Assembly (NCBI GenBank): GCA_030704615.1
Contig: CM060732.1
Span: 78,058,001-78,122,000, forward strand
From: Takakia lepidozioides
Lineage: Eukaryota > Plantae > Bryophyta
Length of the DNA: 64,000 bases
Reading direction: 5' to 3'
Of the stretch, positions 49,963 through 64,000 are shown in pieces (within the stretch, counting starts at the first letter, position 1; each line of letters starts with the position of its first letter). The translations under genes and the position numbers were made by a program. Below the pieces are notes generated by a model. It saw only the letters and a list, made by a program, of their open reading frames with translations, was not told the origin of the DNA and searched no databases.

Positions 49963-52019
49963 ATGGGAGAAGCCATGAATGCAGCGCTGGAGGCTCTCAA
50001 AAAAGGACAATGTGTAGCCATACTCGATTCGAAATCGCGAGAGGCAGAGACTGACCTGTTCTTCCCCGCCGGGAGTCTCTACCCGCTCTCTCTGCGTACC
50101 CTTCGCACGCAAGCTGGTGGGGAGCTCTACATTTCTGTTGGCCATGAAGTCGCCAACTCTTTTGGCTTCCCATTCATGGGCGAGGTACTCATATACTAGA
50201 GACTCTAACAAAGTGCATGTAGAGTTAAGCTCTACAGCAGAAACAGGCTAGCTCTGAGGGTCATTACTGACCATAGCGAACTCTATCAAGATCACGTACA
50301 GTACGCTACGCAGGCTTGACAGTTGAAAAAACGAAATTGAATTGATACAAGTACAATGCATCTGCTGATCCTGCTTCTCGTGAAGGTCAAAAAATTCACA
50401 AGGGACGCGAGCAAGATAACCTTCTTTAGTGGAGTCAAAACTGGTGAATCGAACATGTATCTTGGCCTAGTGACCGTTGGTCCCCTACTGCTGCAGTTCT
50501 TTCTGAGACCTTGTCAATTCTGATTACTGAAAGAGTATGAATGTGGCCTTCTAAGAGCTCATGTATTGATGGTACTTGTACACTTACAGAAGAAATTGAA
50601 ATCGTGCCAATACATAGCATCTACAATGTCTCACATGGCCAAAACCATTTGATCTATCAAACAACTGTAGAGCTGTTGGCTTTCATAATGGAAGTGTCTA
50701 ACCAGAATTTGCTTCGAACCCGTCCTTGCATTTGAGCATACATAATGCCCAGGCTATACAGTGTGGTGGCAAACAAATTCAGGTCTATAGGAGATCAGGT
50801 AGAACTCAGTTTGAAGAGGCTTTTGTTCGTTTTTACCCTTCTAATTCTTTGACTGTAAAGTCCAAATGCCTGTTATTGAACTCTCTTGCCATGACAATCT
50901 ACCATCATACCATTCAGGATCGCCAAAGGAGGGCCTGCCATTCAGTGGCATTTCTCTTGATAGCAAAGTATAATTCTGTGTTCTGCAGGGTGTCAGTTAC
51001 ATGCTTGTAGAACAATTTGCTGGCACTCATCTGTAAGTCAGCATCATCACTCTCTTCTCTTTGAAAGGCAGCCTCCAATGTTCTTCTGCCCATGCATTTG
51101 AAGTTATTCCCCCCATTTTCAAGAGACCTGTTTTAAGGCATCAAAACATATTGCTGTTAACCTACATTACTGGGCACTGTGATTACTTTTTGTTGCAGCT
51201 CATAAAGATACCTAGTTGCCTGCTGTCTGTCTACCTCTCTCTCATCAGGTACTTGCACACACAGACTTGGCAGAGAAGTACCCCATTTTTCAGCGTATGG
51301 GAAAGGAGAGGAATGGCATGTGCCAAGGTTCTTGCTCAGTGGGGTTCTCTCTTGACCATCGGAGCTTGAAGACAGGGGCCCCGGATGTGGAGAGAAGTTT
51401 TACATGCCGACGGCTGGCAGAGCTGTCTAAGGAGGTTGTGGATGGCAGGGTTGAGAAGGACGAAGCTGCGCAGCTTTTTGGGAAGGAGTTTCACACTCCA
51501 GGCCACATCTTTCTGTGTGTAGAGAATGAACGGGGGTTGGAAGCTCGCTCTGGACACACAGAGCTTTCGGTAGCGCTTGCACGAGCAGCTGGCATCATAC
51601 CTATCATGGTATGGTTGTTGTCAATTATTCTTCCTAAATTGGTAAAGAATCTGCTCACTCGTTTCTGTGTCACGTTTGAAATTGGCCAGATAATATTATC
51701 TTGCAAGGCTTTGGCGGTGAGTATAATAGGATTTTGGCACTCTCTTGTGAATGAGGCCTGAACAGCAACCCAGGTATGTCAGATTCATCTCCCTATGAGA
51801 TGTCAATTTGGTCACACCAATCCATTTCTAAGGTGAAAAAACAATTGTCTCTAGGTTGGGTGTGTCATGTTGTGCAATGATGGCGAGGAGTTCGGAGCCC
51901 TACCCCCGGAAGCTGCTCAAGCTTGGGCAGCAAAACATGGTGTCCCATTCTTAACAGGGCAAGATATCATGGTGTCACTCAAAGGAGCAACAGACACCCT
52001 CTTGAAAAATGTTCACTAG
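49963..52019 (+). CDS. ribB: Stand-alone 3,4-dihydroxy-2-butanone-4-phosphate synthase (RibB)-like protein, archaeal type, 248 aa, 3 exons
   Basis: Exons 49963-50184, 51249-51608 and 51855-52019 (GT-AG, all phase 0). Motifs ALEALKKG, DSKSREAETD, AGG, GFPFM, SLDHRSLKTG, FGKEFHTPGH, RSGHTELSVALA, WAAKHGVPFLTGQDI. Confidence 0.88.
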
Positions 52020-52743
52020 GTGTCCACTCTGGTCACATCAATTCATCGACAGTAGGCAAGTGGTGGGCTATTATTGGATTAGGAGGTATCATTGTGTTTC
52101 TTGGCATCATCTTGGCCTCTCTGCCTTCTATGCTGATGGAGCTGACTCTCATAAAAGGCAAGTTCTCTTGGGGAGGACCCCAATTATTATGATGCTTGTT
52201 GTCTGCAATGTCTGCTGAAAGCTTTGTGAGTAGTCCAAGTTTCCACCCAAAGAAACACAAGGACTAAAGCTCAGTTCTGGCATTCAGCCTGTGCTCAAAT
52301 CAAGGGACCGGTCACAAGTCACAACCTGGAATGCCAGTCATTGAATACTTCCACTTGGTCATTGAGATTTCAGACCACCAGGGTTTACAGACTCATTCTG
52401 AATGCACACGGTCGGTGACAAATCAATTCTAACAATCTTCAGACAACAATGGAAGGCTTGGTAACTCATCCTCCAAGATACTGAAATTCACACGTGTCAA
52501 GCACATTGTGTGTGTTGGCTGCAGGTGTCACTCCAAGAGCACAAAACAGCATCCAAGTTTGATCAGTTGTCATAGCAGGTTGCATATCAAAAGAGTAACC
52601 ACGGCAACAAAGGATGGAGCTCCACATTGAGGTTAGGACTTTTCCTGGACATTTCAAAGTAATCTCCGAACTACCTAGAGTTGAACAAACCAGAAGCTAT
52701 TGAAGCTGAATTCACATGGAACAGTAGAAAGAGAGGGCTTTGG

Positions 52744-55168
<2,425 letters not shown>

Positions 55169-55445
55169 TCACTCAACTACTCATGTAAGCACTCTATCAG
55201 TGTGTCGAATGCTTACACCCATACAGCACAATTGACCTCTCACCACACCTTGTTCATACCTTCGATGAAGTGGAACAGCGGCGTCGGATAGAAGCAGACG
55301 AACCCAAATACAGAAACTGTGGCCTTCTCTCTCCCCCCTTGAACCTTCGCAAATTTCCACAGATTACCTCAAACAGTCTGCTCATGCATACCTCACTCAC
55401 CTGGTTTCCCACACACTCTCCTCTCTTCGCTGAAGACGACAGTGA

Positions 55446-55518
55446 AAACCCTAAACCCAGGGCCCTTCCAAGAACTCAAAGAACACTCGAGTGTAGGAAT
55501 AGCGTTAGGGTTAGGGTT
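55446..55518. promoter_or_regulatory. Telo-box motifs in the divergent DIM1/BSH promoter
   Basis: AAACCCTAA at 55446-55454 and TTAGGGTTAGGGTT at 55505-55518, between start codons ~620 bp apart. Telo-boxes are typical of plant ribosome-biogenesis genes. Confidence 0.6.
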
Positions 55519-55652
55519 ATCACAGTTACGTTTTTGTGTGTGTCTTGATGCGTTCATGAGGTCAAATCGGAAAGATGGGTGTGTCAGTAGATTCCCTCAT
55601 CTAGGTTCGTGCTAGGGGGTCATCCTGCTATGGTGGTCGCGGTCTCCTGAGG

Positions 55653-58600
55653 ATGTTGGGAGGAGGAACTCAAAAACTAAGGGTCAGAGGAGCCGTGGCG
55701 AGCGCGGCCAAGTCCTTTGTCTCATTTCGTATGTGAGTTACAAGCCTTGACAGTCATCAACATACTTTGCAGTGGATCTCTCTCTCTCTCTCTCTCTGCT
55801 TTTCTCAGTTCCAGAGACTCGAGAAGGTGCTGAAACATGTAGCATCCTCGGGCCTGAAAGCTGGGGATGAGTACTCGGATAAGAATTTATACCTCAGAAA
55901 ACGTTATTCAGAGAAAATTTGAAGGGTGCAAAACGCCCACTGCTGAGCACCGACATCTACAGGTTGTCCACCTTCCTACTCTCCCCCTCCCTCTGCACCT
56001 TTGAGGTGGGTTTGTGGTGATAGGGTTAATCCACGCAACTGCCGTTATGTAGACCATGTGTCTCTCTTTCAAGCGTATGCATCACCTTCAGAATGTGTTT
56101 GGTTTTTGGCATTGCAGGCCGACAGCAGATAACTTAGTACCCATTCGGTTAGACTTGGACCTGGAAGGTCGGAAACTGAAGGATGCATTTACATGGAATC
56201 CAGAGGGTACGAGCTTTCCCTTCTTTCCCGAATGTGTCTCAAATTTATAAGTTGATTCGCTGAAGCGTAGTTGAAAATCACTCTCCAGTTCTTTCACGGA
56301 GGACATTAAAGACCTTTCCACTCGTTGGTTTCAGATCCAGATTCCGACGTTATGCCATTTGCAAAGAGAATGGTGAAAGATTTGAACCTGCCAGCTGTAT
56401 TCATGGCATATATTTCTCAGTCAATACAGGTATTTTGGTCCTTTTGTTCCTTCTCAATGGAGGGTTGTCTATAACAAAATTTTGTAATGGGATTACTGAT
56501 ATTCTCATACCAGGCCACATGCTGTTACATGCTTACTCTCTTTTCCCCTCTCTTTTGGCTTGCTGTGGTCATAATAATGCTCCTTTGTTTCTTTCTAAAG
56601 TCAGCACTGGGATTGTTGGGGCCACAGTCTCAGTTGACAGAGTTTCGATCATATGAAGGCCAGGACATGAGCACTGAGGAGAAAGTCCAGATAATAAAAG
56701 TACGTTCACTGGAAGTGTGAATGTTTTCTATTGAGATGAAATGCATATGGTACGTCAATGGTACAGAGCACTAAGGAGAAAGTCCAAACGAGGTTCAGTG
56801 TACGGGACAATGACTAGCACTTGAGATGAAATGCACATATAAGTGTTAAAAGTACATACAGGTAAGGAATTGACTTGAGGGTGAATACTGGTTGGAATTG
56901 GCAGTTGGATCTCCGAGTCAATAAAACTCTTATTCATGACCAGTTCCTATGGGTACATCTCCAACCACCCTCCCTCTAGAAAGAGAAATGCTATGTGTAG
57001 TCTGCTTGCTCTCAAGCCTTGTACCCGCAGACCCTGTGCATGTTTTGGATGGACAGGAAAAGAATTGTAGTGAAGAGGGACAAGAGGTTGCTCAATACAG
57101 TAGCTGAAAGGCTTTCCGGCATCTGGAATCTAACTCTAAAGGGTAATGCACTGCAAATTTTTAGATCAAGAGAATATGCCAGACTTGGTCTTCAAAGCTC
57201 CTCAAAGAGTGCTTTGGACAAGTTTTTCATGTTATTGTGAGGATCAGTGCTTTTGTGGCACATAGAGAGTGATCTTTTTCAAATTTCTTTTATTGAGTTA
57301 TGCTGAAGATGTAAAGCTTAATCAATTTATTTTGCAGGATGTCAATGACTTTAAGAGTGACCCAGAGGGCTTTGCAAGGGGTCTTTGCAAGGACCTGGAA
57401 CTTGATGATCCTGAAGTGGCGGTGAGAGCTTAATTGCCATCTTGTTTATCTCCAGCTAGGTTGCGATGTCTTTTTATCCTCTTTCTATGTAGAAAGCTTC
57501 ATGGCTGCTGTGCCTAGCATTCTCTTTCTTTTCCTCCTCATCAATCATCCAAACAATACTTCTGTCCCCTTTTCCTTAAAAAATTCTCTCTCAGAGCATT
57601 AGTAGCATGAGAAGGCTGTGCCCGCAAGGGGGATTGACAAGTTTCACTGTGTCTGTTGAATGAGCACGATTGTGTGTTTTATATCCGACTCTCAGCTTCC
57701 CTAGAAACAACGTCTTATGAGTACATTCTGAGCTTTCCTAGAATGTGTAATATGCTGGAGAGTACATCCCACATAACTATCATGACTGTTTGCCACATCA
57801 TCTGAGCAAGGGGGATGGAAGGAGGAATCACAAAGGAGATTGATAGGTCGATCTCGATGGCTGGATGTGTTTGGCTCATTTGCAGCCTGCAGTAGCTGTG
57901 TCTATTCGAGAGCAGCTCTATGAGGTGAGGAATGACTGTCTTTTGGAGCTTTTTTGAAGATTCACGTCTTTGTTTGTCTTGGTGGTCAAGTAGGTCTTCG
58001 TGCCGCCCTAATTTTGTGAAGTTTGAGTGGGTTGTAAGATAGCGAAACAGAACCTAGCAACAGGACGCGAGACCCGCATCAGCAAGAAAGTTCGTCGTGA
58101 TAAGGGGGCTGTGGAGTACTTTCAGCCTAGGTTCTCTCTCTCTCTCTCTCTCTCTCTTTTGTTTCTGGTGTTCGTTTCTCAGTTGCTCTTTAGCCCCTCC
58201 CTCCTTGTGATGAAGTTCTGAAACACAGATTAGGAACTTCTCTTGCTGCTTGTGTATTCTGAATGCATCGTCTGTGTCTTGCGTGTTAACAGTGCGCAGG
58301 CAACAACAGCTCTTAATTTGATGAAGCGTCCCAACAGTAAAACCAGCATCGTAAGGTTCGTTTTATCTGATGTGTTCATATTCGACTCATTACAGTTATG
58401 TGTTTGGAGATCTCACAGGGATTTACTTGTAGCAGATTGTATGATGCCCTTCTGCCCCCCCTTTCTCCTAAAACCACACAAAGAAGGGAAGAATGAACTT
58501 ATCACTTCTTACATCCATGGGAGGCCCAAAGGGCCCAAGGGACACAAGAAGAACGACATAGCAACAAATCACAAATCAAATACATCATAGAACCAAGGAA

Positions 58601-59776
58601 ACAATGAACTCCTAAACCTTCAAGCTTTACACTTGGAGAAATGCATTAAAAAGGAAAGCTGCATGCACGTGGGGTCTCCATATCTAAAGGTGTCTGCCAG
58701 GGATGGAGGATCTAGAGACGACGATGTTGTTTGCAGTAGCCATCAACCCTGTGCCCAGTTTGGGCTGAACAAGAGTGAACAGACTACCTTTGTGAGGGGC
58801 TCATGCCAGTAGTGGGACTTTCATGATGTAAACAATTTGGATGGGCTTTCCAGATTTCCTCTAGAAATCCCTTCACACAAGCATCCATCTGCTGTGTGTG
58901 ATCTGCCCAGCAGTTAAGACCCCAACAGGGCCAGGGCTTGAGGCTTAGACTCAAGATTTTTACAGTTGGTGAACAGAGGTGCAGGACTATGTTCTTGATG
59001 GTCCTGAAGAGAGTTGCGCTCTAACGAGAATACCCCAGACATTGTATCAGAAAATCGGTAGTCTTCAGGCCGCCCATATTGACAATCTCTCTCTCCTTCC
59101 TGCATGTGTTTATTGTTCAAAGGTAGACTCCCTGCTCTGAGTTTGTATTTGAGTCTAGTAGCAAGAGTAGGTGGGCCCTTCAGATCATCCTTAAGGTACC
59201 CATGTGACAGACTGGAAACAAGTCCAGGGAAGTTTTATGGAGGAGCAAGAGAGAGGGAGAGAGGGAGAGTCAATACACTTAATTCCCTAGGCTTCTGGCC
59301 ATACTTGCAAGTGTGGAGAGAAAAGTTGATGGGATGATGTTGGTGCTCCATGTAGGCGGAGGAATGAATGGGATATGTTTGAGCCTGTTGTTGAGATTTT
59401 GACTGACAAGGAAGCGGAAGCTCTCCATGCAAGAGAAGAGAGGAATTCCCGGTATATTCCTCCTCCTCGCTAGAGAGGGGGTGATTTAGTTAGGTGCAGG
59501 ACATTTTTGTTTGCCACAACCAAGCAGGTCGGGAAATCTACCTTTGGAAATGGTCCTCAGATAATGGTACTAATGACTTTGTGGTTCATCATTAGGACGG
59601 CTTTGCTGGCCATGAAGCCAGTGGGTACTGGATACAAACTGGGGAGTGGTCTACGAACACCTGTTTTTGGTGTGGATCACCTGGAATCTTATGAGGTGTT
59701 GTGTTGGGATGGCAGCCTAAAGAAGCGGCAAGAGGAGAAGGATGATGCCTATGCAAGCCGATATGTCCGAGTCTAA
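55653..59776 (+). CDS. BSH: SWI/SNF subunit BUSHY (SNF5 homolog)
   Basis: FRM|PTADNLVPIRLDLDLEGRKLKDAFTWNP, QSIQ|SQLTEFRSYEGQDM, LDLRVN..DQFLW, SDPEGFARGLCKDL, AVSIREQLYE, WDMFEPVVEILT..EALHAREERNSR, LKKRQEEKDDAYASRYVRV-stop. Confidence 0.93.
58480..59260 (-). mobile_element. LINE 3' fragment (C-terminal region and tail) in a BSH intron
   Basis: YLKDDL..TRLKYKLRAGSLPLN...CQYG.PED resembles the LINE ORF2 C-terminal Cys-rich region. The tail motif gggaggcccaaagggccca(a)gggacacaag at ~58519 also occurs at ~37978. Confidence 0.6.
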
Positions 59777-59984
59777 TGTCTCCTGTTTTTAGTGAGCAGG
59801 CTTGTCCTCGTGTAAAATCAATGCTTCTACCAGATCCCAATCTGAACAAGTAGGGCCTTTCGATTCCTCTCGTGTAAGATATAAAGGGTACATGAAATCA
59901 TGTCGTCTATGTGTTAATCGATGCAAGTTGAATAGTTGACTGGTGGACCAAAGAGATTCTCTTCCTGCCATCTTTCAGTAATGC

Positions 59985-60553
59985 AGACAATGTGAAAGAT
60001 GTCTTTGTTTACATGTGCAGAGGGATTTTCCACCCTCAGTTCTTATTATGCCACCATCAAATCCTACCCTTATACTTCTTTCGAGGCCGGATGTCCTTCC
60101 ACCTGCAGCCTCATCACAAGGAGTAGTTCTGTCAGTAGCTGCACAGGGAAAGGAGCACAACTATTGGGAACGTCACCCCATCGACACATTCATCCTTTTG
60201 GTGTCAAGATCTTCGGTTGTTTGCATCATGAGTTCAACGACTTCCTTCGTACTTGTGCCCATCGTGCAGCGGAAAACAAAAGCGTCAGAAGCCCAAACTT
60301 CTTTTTTCTTATAGCTTTCTTTAGGCAACTCTATTTTACGATCGGCGGAGGTTGTGGGGGTGGCTTCACCTCGCCTCCCGGCACTTTTTGACCCATCCTC
60401 TTTCCCGACCTTGTTGTCTGACCTTCTTCAGGCTGTAGGTGATACTTGAATAGTTTGATTTCTTTTTGTCAATATATCTAGCTCTATGAGATTTTGTTAT
60501 TTTGTTCTTACTAAGTACCTAGGGGGCTCTGCACTAGGAGGGCCCCAAAAAAA
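59985..60553 (+). mobile_element. 3' fragment of an RLE-type (CRE/R2-like) non-LTR retrotransposon
   Basis: AASSQGVVLSVAAQGKEHNYWERHPIDTFI(P)FGVKIFGCLHHEFNDFLRTCA resembles the K..KY...FIP..(E).FG restriction-like endonuclease C-terminus; possible A-rich end at ~60547. Confidence 0.65.
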
Positions 60554-61104
60554 ACGCAAACATCGGTACACCATGCCATAATAAATTAATAGCAGCAAAG
60601 CAAATGATGAATAAATAAGCCCCCCAAAAGAGATGCCCCCCTTAATTATAGTGAGAGGAGATTTAAACTTTCAAAGTCACAGGCTTGCCAGAAGTTGAAT
60701 CAATGCACTGTGGCAACTTGATATAGTTTACTTAAAGTTCAGGGACAAGCACACACATCCACCAAAGCAAAACCCAATTTCATCACATCAATATGCAGGC
60801 TGCACTATTGTGTTTGTTCTGCATGGAGGGGCCCCCTCTGTGGAAAAAATCAGTGATTGCCACAACTTATTTGGAGCAACTTTCTGATTCAAATCCGAGA
60901 GGAGTAGAGTCAAGGGTTGTGCGATTTATAATTCCCCTGTGAAACCAACCATATGTAGAGTGGTCTTATTGGGTCACAAAATAGAGGTGTCCAGATGGAT
61001 ACTTCAGAGCTATGTGCAGTGCTTGTACAAAATTGCACTGTGGACAGTAACTGCTCTAGAAATTAATCTTACTGATTCTACAAGAAAGTAAAAGAAAATC
61101 TTGT

Positions 61105-62251
61105 CTAGACTTTTGCACCTAAGCTTAAACTAAGCCTTCCGCTAACCAAGACCCTGGACCCAATTCCGTGAAAGAAAAGTGGATAATTATGACGTGGCCA
61201 CGTGTGTTGCTTCATGTCATACATCAAAAACGATACCTGTGTTGGACAAGACTATGAGATTGTCATTGCTCACCACCTTAAACTCGTACTGGGTACCCAA
61301 TCTCAAGACTATAATCTTAGTTCTTGCAATCTCCAGCCACTCTGCACTCGTTGTAGAATCTTTCAACTCCCACACACAGATTACCATGGATGTGATAAAC
61401 AGATCATGATGACATTCAGGAACCCCAACCATTAATAGGCGCCCACCACTCTCTAGAAGGGATGGACCATCTCCATTGCAATCACATACAGCAAAGTGAG
61501 GCATCTGTGCAGAAACTTTAGTCCACACACCCGTGCCAATGTCACAAGCCATCAAAATGTAGCCTTTCTCTGGTGTATAAAATAGAGCAAAGAGAGTAGG
61601 GCCACATATCACACTTCTTTTACAATACGCATCACCTTCTGTGGGCATCTTTCCAGTTTCGGTCCAACTCTCGCAAACTGAGTCGTAGATGTCTGTTCTC
61701 CAACTGTAAGTCCTGTCGTGGCACCAATATGATATGGCAAGGACCTTGTAGGTGTTGCTGCATCTATCCACAATCATATTCAGCATGTTCACATTGAGGA
61801 AACGTGTTTTATTGTCGTGCGGCAGGGCAGGCAATTGTCTGGAACTGTTCAATAGAGGATTGCACACAATCCGTAAACCTTCGTCCTCGGCACAAAACAA
61901 GCCTCCATTTGCAGCACAAACTTTGTAAAATGATCGGAATTCCTTGGGGAATTTGAGGCCGATCTCGTGCCACCGTCGAGTTGTGGGGGCAAACAACATG
62001 CAAATATCTTTGCTTTTATGACTGTTAAAAAGCAAGTAGGGTTCTTCGTAAAGAGGGAGGTGCTGACAGAGTTCTTGGAAACAAGCAGTAGATGGGAGGG
62101 AGTTCCACAACTTGCAAACCGACTTAAAGCGGGCAAGACTTCGATATGGCAAACAGGCCAACACTACCATCACTAACTCCAAAGGGAGCCTGCACCAAGT
62201 CTCCTCCTCCGTGTTGCCCCCAGGTCGATTCGGTGACAAAACCTCTCCCAT
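61105..62251 (-). CDS. Intronless F-box protein with F-box-associated/kelch-like domain; apparent 1-nt frameshift at 61226-61230 (uninterrupted ORF 61217-62251)
   Basis: F-box WCRLPLELVMVVLACLPYRSLARFKSVCKLWNSL; AANGGLFC; VCNPL; IYDSVCESW; LLESGGRLLMVG. Removing one T gives the typical end LMYDMKQHTW...LSLSLGAKV-stop at 61105. Confidence 0.88.
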
Positions 62252-64000
62252 AGTCCTCTTGTGATTCTGACCTTAACCGAGCTATGTGGGGAAGAAAAGA
62301 AGGGAAAGAAAGACAGAGTCTTGGGCCTCTGAGATTTATACCCATGAGCCAGACGTTGGTATCATTTCTGTGCTATCAAAAGCCTTCGCTCTTGCTTTTG
62401 CTATTCTGTACTGCAACCTTCATTGCTAGCCATCCGATTTGCGGTCTGTACATAGAAACCCTAAAATCCTTGGAAATCCATCCGTGTGCGAGAAAACGGG
62501 AGGGCAAGAGCGGGCACAAGCATGAACGTAGGGTTCAGAAAAAGAATCCAGTGATTTCCTAAATTTGTCCCATGAAATCAGTGGACTCTGTCCCTGAACC
62601 CCGCACAGATTTTGCGATGCAGGATGTGCTCGATATGCAGAACTCATGTGACATTGGCAAGCTCCAGGGCTTGTGAAGGTGGTGGAAGTTGTTTGTGTCA
62701 TGATTGTGGTTGCAGGTTGATTGGATTTTATCGTGCAAGTATTGCATAGGACATTTTTAAGTTGTATAAAGTTGCAGTGATCCAACGCAAGTGTGCAACG
62801 TCAGAGGACTTCAGGAAAGTTAACAGACTTAGTGTGAGTCGCACGGGGATTTCTATAAAGGAGACTTACACTAGGGCCCCCGTTCCTTCCACCTGCACAA
62901 CACCATACCACACTTTCAGTAATTAGAGCCAGAGAATTTCATTCCTGGCACCATGTGATAGAGATCACCTCGCTCCTTCATACATAGAAAACATACACTT
63001 CACACAGATTCACAAAGCCACTTGACTTTGTAATCTTAGGGTTCCACATGCTATATAAATGGCACCGCTTCCACATTCCGAAGGCATACAGCCGTGCTCC
63101 CAAGTAATTATGCAGCTTGTTCATTACGTTGCAAGTACATCAAAGCGAGCAAAGCTGACGGTACCTCCTCAGCTGTGGCATCAAATAGAGCAACATAGGT
63201 GCTGCACTCTTTGATTAATCCGCTTATGCGATGGCATCTTTGCTCAAGGTCCTCTGTGTGCACTATCCCTCTTTGAATTCAACTTTCTAAGCTTCAATTC
63301 AGTTACAGCGAAAAAAGAGTGCACACAGATCAATCACAATACATATTGTGATGGAGACCACTACTGCAGTTGAAGATGGAAGGGGTTAGGCAATACGATT
63401 TTATTTTTTTTGTTCTATATATATGGTGCCCTTAGTTGTATTAGTAATTATCTGAACCAGTTTTTTCGGGGCTTATCCTTTACCCATTGGGCATGTTTTT
63501 ATACATAACATCTTTGAATTTTTATTTTCCCCCCTTATCAATATAACTTCAACTATGTGTTGTGAGATAGTACCTGAAAACTTAAGTTAGTTTGAGCTTT
63601 AAAAAAGTAAACAAGTATACAGAGAGAAAAAATGAATTGGGGGAAGGATGTAGGAGGTTGGGCTCCGCATTTTGCGGTGAGAGGAACAAGGACTTAGCCG
63701 TTTCAAGGCTAGGCCTTCTTCTGTCTTCTCTCAGACTGCGATCCTTCCCTTCATCCCCTCTAAGGTTCTTCCTACACTTCTCCATCGCCCTCCGCCTTCT
63801 GGGCAATCTCATCGGGCTTTCTTCATCGACCTCTTAAAATAGAAAGAAGAGGTCATGGCTAGGCCTGCTTCCGGATGATTGCGTGCTCAGCATGCTGTTC
63901 CTTCTCTTGCTAGCCATTCATTCCTACCTCTGCCACCTCTTGATGCAGGCGCGCTCAGCAGGGTGTTCTCATCTCAAGCGCTCGACATTTGATGCACTTG

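Noticed and set aside
37492-52019. Riboflavin biosynthetic gene cluster (PYRP2-like fragment plus RibB-like gene)
   Set aside because: The HAD piece is only ~27 codons and 12 kb away with unrelated genes in between. No other rib genes are present, so this is probably coincidence.
49963-52019. Prokaryotic contamination as the source of the archaeal-like gene
   Set aside because: It has two canonical phase-0 spliceosomal introns, host-like composition and is contiguous with plant genes.
63100-64000. Minus-strand coding exons at the window end
   Set aside because: Short open frames with no recognisable motif or consistent splice structure; cannot be supported.

Overview
Eukaryotic, intron-rich land-plant genomic DNA. 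It looks bryophyte-like from gene content and repeats, but the species was not determined. In order along the window: a decayed endonuclease-encoding Helitron (Helentron type, 1-3.1 kb); a SERK-like LRR receptor kinase whose kinase domain lacks catalytic motifs (5.4-12.1 kb); a Gypsy RT scrap; and a long PLS-class PPR gene built from nine 303-bp units with a freshly decayed E2/DYW tail (13.6-17.6 kb). A TE-rich island follows (17.8-25.4 kb): probable DIRS/Ngaro-like tyrosine-recombinase relic, tRNA-derived SINEs and a head-to-tail non-autonomous Helitron array. The rest is a gene-dense block: an extensin-like/cadherin-like membrane protein, DEAD-box helicase RH5/DBP3, a SAMHD1/VEN4-like HD dNTPase, an intronless coiled-coil gene, a stand-alone intron-containing RibB (DHBP synthase)-like gene, DIM1, BSH/SNF5 and an F-box gene. 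The most striking observation is the RibB-like gene. It resembles archaeal (methanogen-type) RibB rather than plant bifunctional RibBA, has no evident transit peptide, has two substituted active-site positions, and has a possible frameshifted C-terminal membrane anchor. Several genes break at homopolymer runs, so assembly indels must be ruled out. All homology calls come from motif recognition by eye; no searches were run.
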